Positions 13,321 through 23,100 of a stretch of 64,000 bases of DNA are shown here, piece after piece. Both the position numbers and the translations under genes were made by a program. This stretch comes from Mobula hypostoma (Eukaryota), in assembly GCF_963921235.1 (NCBI RefSeq), contig NC_086097.1:17794001-17858000 (forward strand), given 5' to 3'. The notes beneath the pieces are model-generated. The model was given only the letters and a program-made list of their open reading frames with translations. It did no database searches and was not told where the DNA came from. How positions within the stretch are numbered: position 1 is the stretch's first letter; every line of letters begins with the position of its first letter.

Positions 13321-14071
13321 CTATATGAGGCAAGGGCATATTTTCAGTATCTCCAGCTGAGCAAAGTGAAATCAGTTGGGGTCCTACTGTCTATAACATT
13401 TAAGTGGTATTTTGTGTTGTCTTCATATGTTTTCTAAGAGCATCTGTACACTACTGTGTGAGCATAGCTAAAAAAAATTAACTATGTGATTTTGGATAAA
13501 TGAAGGCTTTCATTAATCTTCAACATAGTATCAATCAATGCACATAAAGAGAAATGTAAGATAATGATGTGACTGTGGAAGAGAAGGAAATACAAATAAA
13601 CTGTAGATTATGTGATGGAGTAGTTGCCAGAACCATTTGTTGTTGACATACAATAGGCAGAGCAACAGAGACCCTCTTTTACACTTGTTATTTCCTGATG
13701 CAAACTTCTTGGCTTGATGACTTCAATCATTGGCCATATCCAAAAAATAATGTTGCCAAATGGGATCAATGCACACATAATGTTATAAGTTTCATGGTAC
13801 AGTTCAAATAATGACAACATATTTTCTTTTCTCAGTAGTGTTGTCATTTGAGACTAAAATTTTGATACATCTTTCTACTTCTGTCAGACTTATTGAATAG
13901 TATTAATAATTACAAAAGTTATTATAACTGTTTACAAAAAATCTTGGAAAATGTAAAAAATGTTTTTTTCTGGTTATTATTTAATTAAAACCCTGTGGTA
14001 TATATTAAAATAAAAACAAATTTGGAATGTTGCAGTCCCTAATGTTGTTATGATGCTGTGTTGTGTTTCAG

Positions 14072-14194
14072 ATAAGAATGAGTGCTTGATTTCTGGCATT
14101 TGTGCACATGGGAATTGTGTCAACATGGAAGGGTCTTATAGATGCATTTGTAACCAAGGTTTTGAGCATGTGATAGACCAGAAGAGCTGCAGAG
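14072..14194 (+). CDS. LTBP2: cbEGF exon [42 protein letters not shown]
   Basis: tgtgtttcag acceptor, 123 nt open, six Cys, G|gtttgt donor. Confidence 0.93.
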
Positions 14195-17100
14195 GTTTGT
14201 GAACATTTTCAAACATGTCCAATGCTAGCTTGCCAATACTGACTCATGATATTCCTTTAAGCATTTAGTTGTTCCTTCTTTGCATGTGTGTGCTTTACTG
14301 TTAACTTCCTCCTCCTCCTCCCAAAACAAAAAAACACATTATTGCTTATCCTTGACTTTTAAAATTCTTGGGCCTGGAAGATTAAAAAATGTTGTGCTCT
14401 GACTAGTAGGTTTAATTGTGAACCTGTTCTCACTACTGCACTGGGCATAGGACATTTGAAAACGTGAAACAGAAGTTTTTATGGGGCAAATCTCTATAAA
14501 GGACATAAGCCACAGAACCGGTGGCTGTAACAACTAGCAGCAGAGAAAGCAACAGGGAGGATGTGATGATTGAGAAATTGGGTGCTGCTCCATCTGACAA
14601 GACACCATGGTAGAAGTAAACAGATGAAAGCAGAGCCGGATATATATATAGCCAACTAGTAACAAGTGAATTAAGAAGAAATGTTAAAGCAGAAAATCAG
14701 GTTTTGAAGGGTAATTTCACTACTTGGAAAAAAAAATTACCGAAAGCTCTCATGACCTCTTCAGTGATAATGCAAATTACTCTAATCTGAAATATGACTT
14801 CATTTCTAACTCTGATTGGATCCAGCTCTGTCTGGCATCTTGTCCAGAGGCATTCCAACATGGGTGGCCTTGAGTTGGCATTGCCTGGTGGAGTCCCTGA
14901 AGTATGCAAGCCTCCACATGATGTCAACATGTTAATCCAGGTCCTGGAGGATTCTGCTTCATTGTTCTCTCAAGCAATGTGTTCTTGTTACTCACCATTC
15001 TCTACATGAGAAAGATCCTTGTCAAATCCTTTCTAAATCTCTCTTTACTTCCCCTAAATAGGTCTCTGAGATAGTGCTTCCCATTGTAATTTACAAATCA
15101 TTCCACAAATTTTGAATTCGATATTGCACTAAGCACATTTTTAATTGCAAGCAACACTCATTTATCCTAACGAACTTTACATCTTTTCTGCTACACATTT
15201 TCTTCAACCCATTCGAAAGATTTTTCCAGAGCAGCACACACAAAATGCTGGAGGAACTCAGCAAGTCAGGGAAAAACTATGGAAGGAAATAAACAGTTGT
15301 AGCGATGTGCTACACACAGAGCTAGAAATATCGACACACAGACTGTAGGTTGCACTCGAGACTAGTTTATTCAGACTGTGAGGGCGGTTGGAACGTCCGT
15401 TCTGGGGTGCACCATCATCGCGGCGTCTGCCAAGGCTTCCTTGGCTTTAACGAAAGCAGCCGCAGCCTCTTCGTCCCAAGTAATGTCCTTGCCTTTACCT
15501 GACATCAAGGTGAACAAAGGGCACAGATACGGGCTGCTGAGGGGAGGAAGCGGTGGTAGAAGTTCACCATACCAACGAACTCCTGCAGTCCTTTGACTGT
15601 GTTGGGGGAGGTGAAGTGGCGGATTGCGTCTACCTTGGCAGGCAGAGGTGTTGCCCCGTCTTTGGTAATCCTGTGGCCCAGGAAGTCGATGGTGTCGAGT
15701 CCGAACTGCCATTTGGCTGGGTTGATCGTGAGGCTGAAATCAGTCAGGCGGGAGTAGAGCTGGCGGAGGTGGGACAGATGCTCCTGACGACTACTGCTGG
15801 CTATGAGGATGCCATCCAAATAGATGAACGCAAAGTCCAGGTCGCGTCCCACCACATCCATTAGCTGCTGGAACATCTGTGCGGCATTCTTCAGGCGGAA
15901 CGGCATTCGGAGGAATTCGAACAGGCCGAACGGGGTGATGAGTGCTCTTTTGGGGATGTTTTCAGGGTGTACCGGAATTTGATGGTACCCCCAGATGAGG
16001 TCTACTTTGGAAAAGATGCTTGCCCCGTGCAGGTTTGCTGCAAAGTCCTGTATGTGCAGCATGGGGTAGTGGTCTGGAGTTGTAGCCTCGTTCAGTCTGC
16101 GGCAGTCGCCGTATGGTCTCCAGCCCCTGGCTGCTTTGGGCACCACGTGCAGGGAGGAGGCCCATGGGCTGTTGGACCGCTGTACGATCCCCAATTCCTC
16201 CATCCTCTTGAACTCCTCCTTCGCTAGGCGGAGCTTGTCTGGGGGGAGCCTTCGTGCGTGGGCGTGGAGGGGTGGTCCCTGGGTTGGAATGTGGTGCTGT
16301 ATTCCGTGTCTGGCCCCAAGAGTGCTTGGGCCATGGCTGCCAGTGTGAAGTCCCACGTGAACCGGCTGGGGCCAAACTGCAGTTGCATTGTGCGGGTGCC
16401 GTAAGTCCGTATCGTGCTGCTGTTTGCGGCCCTCAGGGTAGGTCCCGGCTCCCTGTTGCGGGTGTCATACCTCATCGGGGGTAAGACGCTGATTTCCGCT
16501 CCGGTGTCGACCAAGAAGCGGCGTCCCGACTGTCCTGGTGGCCAGCCGCTTATAGCCTTTAGCGGCGGCTGGCCCTGGCGTTTCCTGGGAACTTGCAGGG
16601 CGGGTGACAACGGTTGGCTTCTGTGCCCCACCGCTGGTGGTAGAAACACCACTGTTCATTGGCCTCCTTACTCCTGCCTCTGGGTGTGTGCGTACTGTTG
16701 CCGGGCCTGGTCTGGCCTGCTGTTGGGCGCGTGGCTAGGTAATCTGTCCAATGGACACCCCGCTTTTCCTCTTGGCTTTTCACAGCATGTCTGCCTGGGC
16801 CGCCACCTTCCGGGGGTCACTGAAATCTGTGTCGGCCAGCAGCAGATGTATGTCCTTGGGCAGTTGCTGTAGGAACGCCTGCTCAAATATGAGGCAGGGC
16901 TTGTGTCCTTCAGCCAGGGCCAGCATCTCGTTCATTAATGCTGATGGCAGCCTGTCTCCCAAACCATCCAGATGTAGCAAGTGGGCACCTCGCTCACGCC
17001 GTGAGAGGCCAAAGGTCCCTATGAGCAGCACTTTGAATGCTGCATATTTGCCTTCTTCTCTGGATGACTGTATGAAATCCTCAACCTGGGCGGCTGTCTC

Positions 17101-20100
17101 CTGGTCAAGGGAGCTCACCACATAATAGTAACGCGTGGAATCAGAAGATATCTGCCGAATATGGAACTGGGCTTCTGCGTGGTCGCAGCATCCAGAAAGT
17201 TGGCAGTTTTAGCGAAACTGCGTGAACAGATGAAGAGTCGGTCATCTTTGGTCCAAATCCCGTTTGGACCGTTGGGGTCACCAATGTAGTGATGTGCTAC
17301 ACACAGAGCTAGAAATAACGACACACAGTCTGTAGGTTCCACTCAAGACCAGTTTATTCAAACTTCATGGCACTGGCTTTTACGCAGTTCCGTTCCTGCC
17401 CTCTCCGGGCAGAAATGATGTCAGAGGTGCATTACAAAAGTCTTTTCCCGCACGCAGGCTTTCTTCCCTTGCTGGCGAAGAAGAAAGCCCAGTGTCATTT
17501 TGGGGCTGGCCGCTCTGCTGACGTGCACGCCATTTTGTGAGCCGGTTCGCCTGTGTAGAAAGTGGGTCGCCACACAGTCAACATTTTGGTCTAAAACCCT
17601 TCATCAGAACTGGAAAGGAAAGAGATAAAAGCCACTGTTAAAAAGTAGGTTGAGAGAAAGGAGCAGAAGCTGGCAGGTGGTAGGTGAAACCAGGTGAGAG
17701 TGAAGATGAGTGGGTGGGGGCAGATAATGAACTAAGAAGCACCTCATTCCTTCCCCCAGCTGCTTTTTCTGGCTTTTGCCTCTTCCTTTCTAGTCGTGAT
17801 GAAGGGTAAGACCCAAAATGTCGACTGTTTATTCTCCTCCTCAGATGTTGCCTGACCTAAGTTCCTCCAGCATTTTGTGTGTGTTGCTTAAGATTCAGCC
17901 GAATTTCTTCCATTTAAAAGATTTTTCCAACAAGCTTCTCTTTTAATTGCAGACTCTTCTTATTTGTTTTCCATAACCCTTCATGATTTGTACACTTCTT
18001 TTAAATGTCCTTTTAATCTTTTCTGCAATCCCTTTAAGATCTTCATGTTGATTTGAACCATTGTGCACAAAATGGACACAGTATTCCATTTGTGACTTAA
18101 CTAATCCATGGAACAAACTGCCAGCACAAGTGATGCATGTAAGCTCAATTTCAACATTTAAGAGAAGTTTGGACAGGTACGTGAATGGTAGAGCTATGAA
18201 GGGCTAAGGTCCCAGTACAGGTCAATAGTAGCAGGCAGTTTAAATCGTTCGGAACAGTCTAGATGAACCAAAGGGCCTGTTTCTGTGCTGTATCTTTCTA
18301 TGACTGTATAGCATTATTTCCTTTTGTACTCTAGCTTCTGTTTATAAAATCCTGGATCACTTATGTTTTAAGCATTTTGTCGAACCATTGTCAAATATTT
18401 GTGCATATCTACCCTCAGATCTCTATTCATGCATTTCCATTAGAACTGTGCTCCTTTGATTGTTTTGCTTCTGTTCATTTTCCTATCAAAATACATCATC
18501 TCAAAATTCTTTGCACTAAATTTCAAAATTCAAAAGAAATTTATTATCAAAGTACATATATGTCACCTTATACAACCCTGAGATTAGTTTTCTTGCGGGC
18601 ATACACTGTAAATCCAAAAACACAATACTGTAAGATCAATGAAAGAGCTCATCCAGCAGGACAAACTAACAACCAATGTGCAAAAGACAACAAACTATGT
18701 AAATTCAGAAGAAAAAATAATAATAAGTAAATAAGCAATAAATATCAAGAACGTGAGATGAAGAGTCCTTGAAATCGAGTTCAGTGATGGGGTGAGTGAA
18801 ATTGAGTAAAGTTATCCTCTCTGGCCAAGGGGTCAATGGTTGAGGGGTAGTAGCTGTTCCTGAATCTGGTAGTGTGGATCCTGAGGCTCCTGTACCTTCT
18901 TCCTGATAGCAGCAGTGAGAAAAGGGCATGGCCTGGATGGTGATGGTCCTTGATGATGCTTTCCTGTGACAGTGATCCATGTAGCTATGCTTTCTTTATA
19001 ATTGCTTATGTGCTGACACCAGGACAGATCCTCTGAAATGATAACACTGAGGAATTTTAAGTTGCTGACACTATTTATTTCTGATCCCCCGATGAGGCCT
19101 GGCTCATAGACCTTTGGTTTCTTCCTTCTGAAAGCAATAATCAGCTCCTTAGTCTTGCTGACATTGAGTGAGATATTGTTGTTGTGGCACCACTCAGCCA
19201 AATTTTCAATGTCCCTCTTATATGCTGATTTGTTGCCACCTTTTATTTGATGGTTCTTTTCATGTACCATATCTCCATCAATTTTATCGCTTTTCTGAAG
19301 TCTGTTACTTTATTGAAAGTTTTATGGCATTTTCAGAATTTGAAATTGTTTCATTTCCTTATTCCCTAATATAATTTAACTAGTCCCTGATAATAGGTCT
19401 CCTTTTACTACTTGGTTTTTACAGTCCTATGCAACGTTTTACTTTTTATGTAATAATTACTAGCTCATTCTCATTTTATTTTAGCCATCTCTTATAGTTT
19501 AGTCATATGTTCATTGAATACTCTGAAATATCTGTTTAAATGTTTCTCACAGTTCATCTACTATTATATCTTTTAATACAGTTTTGTAGTCTACTTCAGC
19601 CAATTTGTCCTTGCACTGAGGTGATTAGCTTTATTTAAGAGAATACCTTTGGACTTTTGTATACAGTATCAGTTTAAAATGCTATGAACGTTTTCATCAG
19701 ATTATTATCACTGTCACTAGTGAATCAGTTAGTATGAGAATGTCTTTTAATCATGTAACGTTATAGAAGAAGAAAGTAAATATAGATAGGAAAACTGATA
19801 ATATTCTGTGGAAATAAATTCTCACTCCTTTTTCATGTTTATCTGTATCTGTAGCTAAGTTGTTAACTGGGAATCTGGGATACTCATCTGAGCATGAATT
19901 ATATGAAATGTGCCCCAATTGAGTTCGCACTTAGTTGAATACTGATAGTAGTGCCTATAGATCAAACACCCTGATTTTCATTTTGGTCTTTGAACTGCAC
20001 ATTTACACAATTAACTGTGCTCTGTTTGTATTTGATCCTACACTGAATTGTCCATGCTTCAAGTAACAGTCTGCTGAAACTTGAACATAGTTACTATATT

Positions 20101-23100
20101 TTCTATGCAGATATTGATGAATGTATATTCCATGATATTTGTTTGAATGGACTTTGTACAAATACTGAGGGATCCTATACTTGCTCAGACTGCAATCCTG
20201 GATACAGAATATCAGATAACAGACAGGCATGTGAAGGTAGGTCTAATGGAGGTATGATGTAGAAATTGAATAACATCAACAGAATGCTTCTGTGGTTTGA
20301 AATAATGGAATTTATTATCCTTTACGCTGTAGACATTGATGAATGTTTATCTCATGATGCTTGTTTGAATGGACTTTGCACAAATACTGAGGGATCCTAT
20401 ACTTGCACAAACTGCAGTCCTGGATACAGAATATCAGAAAACAGACAGACATGTGAAGGTAGGTATAATGAAGGTATGTTTTAGAAATTGACTGCAATAA
20501 ACCAGAACATATCTGGCATTTTAAATAATGAAATTTATTGTACTTTATGCTATAGACATCGATGAATGTATATCCCCTGATGTTTGTTCCAATGGACTTT
20601 GCGTGAATATCGAAGGATCCTACATATGTTCAGTCTGCAATACAGGATACAGAACATCAGAAGACAAACGGACATGTGAAGGTAAGTATGGAGGTACAAT
20701 GTACAAGCTAACTGCAATTAAAGCATAATGATTCTGTCTATAATTCCACTGGTTGGTGATATTTCCATCTCTTGCCTTTAAATTAGATTATATTAAAATA
20801 TCACAAACAAGAGAATGTCTGAAGATGCGGAAAATCGGAGCAACACACACAAAATGCTAGAGGAACTCAGCAGGCCAGGCATCATTTAGGAAATGAGTAC
20901 AGTCAACGTTTCGGGACGAAACCCTTTGGCAGGACTATAGGCCAGTTAGTCTGGCTTCGGTGGCTGGCAAGATGTTAGAGTTGATTATTAAGGTTGAGGT
21001 TTCTGGGTACTTGGAGGCACATGATAAATAGGCTGTAGTCAGCATGGTTTCCTCAAGGGAAAATCTTGCCTCAAAAATTTGTTGGAATTCTTTCTAGAAA
21101 TAACCAGCAGGATAGACAAAGGAGAATCAGTTAATGTTGTGTACTTCGATTTTCAGAAGACCTTTGACAAGGTACCACACATGAGGCTGCTTAACAAGCT
21201 ACGAGCCCATGGTATTTCAGGAAAGATTCTGGCATGGATAAAGCAGTGGCTGATGGGCAAGAGGCAAAGTGTGGGAATAAAGGGAGCCTTTTCTGCCTGG
21301 CTGCCAGAAACTAATGTTGTTTTACAGGGGTCTGTGTTGGGGGTGATTCTTTTGCATTATATGTTAGTGATTTGGATGATGGCTTTGTTGCAAAGTTTGC
21401 AGACAATATGAAGGTAGGCAGAGGAGAAGATTGTTTTGAGGAAGTAGAAAGAAGCAGATTAGGAGAATGGGCAAAGAAATAGCAGATGGAATGCAGTGTC
21501 AGGAAGTGTATGGTCATGCACTTTGGTAGAAGAAATGAAAGAGTTAACTATTTTCTAAAAGGAGAGAAAATACAAACAACTGAGGTGCAAGGGGACTTGG
21601 GACTCCTTGTGCAAGATTCCTTAATTTGCTGGTTGAGCCTGTGGTGAGGAAAGCAAATGCAATGTTAGCATTTATTTCAGAAGGACTAGAATATAAAAGC
21701 AAGGATGTACAGTAATGTTAAAAATTTATAAAGCACCAGTGAGGTCTCACTTGGAGTATTGTGAGCAGTTCAGGTCCCCTTATCTTAGAAAGGATGCGCT
21801 GAAACTGGAGAGGGTTCAAAAGAAGTTCACAGAAATGATTCCAGGATTGAATGCCTTGTCATGTGAAAAGCATTTGATGGCTGTAGGCCTGTATTCACTT
21901 CATTCAAAAGAATGAAGGGTGACCTTATTGTAACCCATCAAATGGTGAAAGGCCTTGATACAGTGGATATGGAGAGAATGTTTCCTATGGTGGGAGAGTC
22001 TAAGACCGGAGGACACAGCCTCAGAATAGAGCTGCGTCCTTTTGGAACAGAGATGAGGAGGAATTTCTCTAGCTAGAGTGTGGTGAACCTGTGGAATACT
22101 TTGTTACAGGCAGCTGTGGAATCCAAATCTTTATGTATATTTAAAGCAGAAGTTAATAGATTCTTGATTGGTCAGGGCATGAAGAAATACGGAGAGAAGA
22201 CACGAGATTGGGGCTGAGAGGAAAATTGGATCAGCCATGATGAAATTCCGGAACAGGCTCGATGGGTCAACTGCTCCTATATCTTATGGTTTTGTGGAGT
22301 ATAAGAAATGGAGGAGGAGGAGGAGAAGATGGCGACGTGACACAGTGCACGTGGCCTCTCCAGTGAATGATATCTTTGTCAAGTAGGGTAGTGTGCACAA
22401 TTCTGATTTGATGGAGACAAATGTGAGAGTACAGAGGAACATCTGGAGAATCTTCTGAAATGCCCGCTTCGCTGCCATTGCTACTGTGTGGTAACTGGAA
22501 TCTCCGGAGCAGAAGTTTCCGAATCCTCGGCTTTGCTTGTTTCGGCGGCCGGGGTTAGGTCGAAAGCGCTCGGGAGGCTGCATCGGAGGTGCGAGTCAGA
22601 GGCTCGGTTTTCAGATGGATGGACTCAGTGTCAGCTGTGGTCGGCTGCTTCCAAGGCATCGGCAGTTGTCGGTGCCTTGGAGGTTTATGGCAGGGAGTTT
22701 CTCCCTTTTGCCGCCTGCTATTGGGGACTCAGGAGTCGATCAGGACTTGAGACTATTTTTTAACCGTGCCCATGGTCTGTTCTATATCAAATTATGGTAT
22801 TGTTTTGCACTGCTGTAACTATATGTTATAATTATGTGGTTTTGTCAGTGTTAGTCTTTGGTTTGTCCTGCTTTCTGTGATATCACTCTCAAGGAACATT
22901 GTATCATTTCTAAATGCATGTATGCATTTCTAAATGACAATAAAAGAGGACTGAGTGTTCTCAGAATCTAAAAAATGCAAGAGAACGAAATAAAAAGAGA
23001 GACTTCAGGATGGCTAAAAGGCATGAGGTTGCCTTAGTAGACAAGTGAAGGAAAACCCTGAAGAATTCTAAAGATATGTTAAGAGCAAAGGATTGCAAGG

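Larger units (their letters stand above)
15298..17574 (-). mobile_element. Ty3/Gypsy LTR retrotransposon, CsRN1 clade, internally deleted (gag-PR-RT; no RNase H core or integrase)
   Basis: TG..CA termini; 4-bp TSD CAGT (15294-15297, 17575-17578); Gag [18 protein letters not shown] (C-x2-H-x9-C-x3-C, 16595-16648); protease [30 protein letters not shown]; tRNA-Trp-like PBS. Confidence 0.92.
15231..17740 (-). mobile_element. Penelope-derived short element interrupted by the Gypsy insertion (halves 15231-15297 and 17575-17740)
   Basis: ..ggaaataaaCAGT [LTR element] CAGTcaacattttggtctaaaacccttcatcagaactgg.. rejoins into the family sequence. Confidence 0.85.

Noticed and set aside
20111..20730. 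Regularly spaced repeats that could be mistaken for a CRISPR array or satellite
   Set aside because: Units are spliceable cbEGF exons plus introns in a vertebrate gene; no cas genes or repeat-spacer structure
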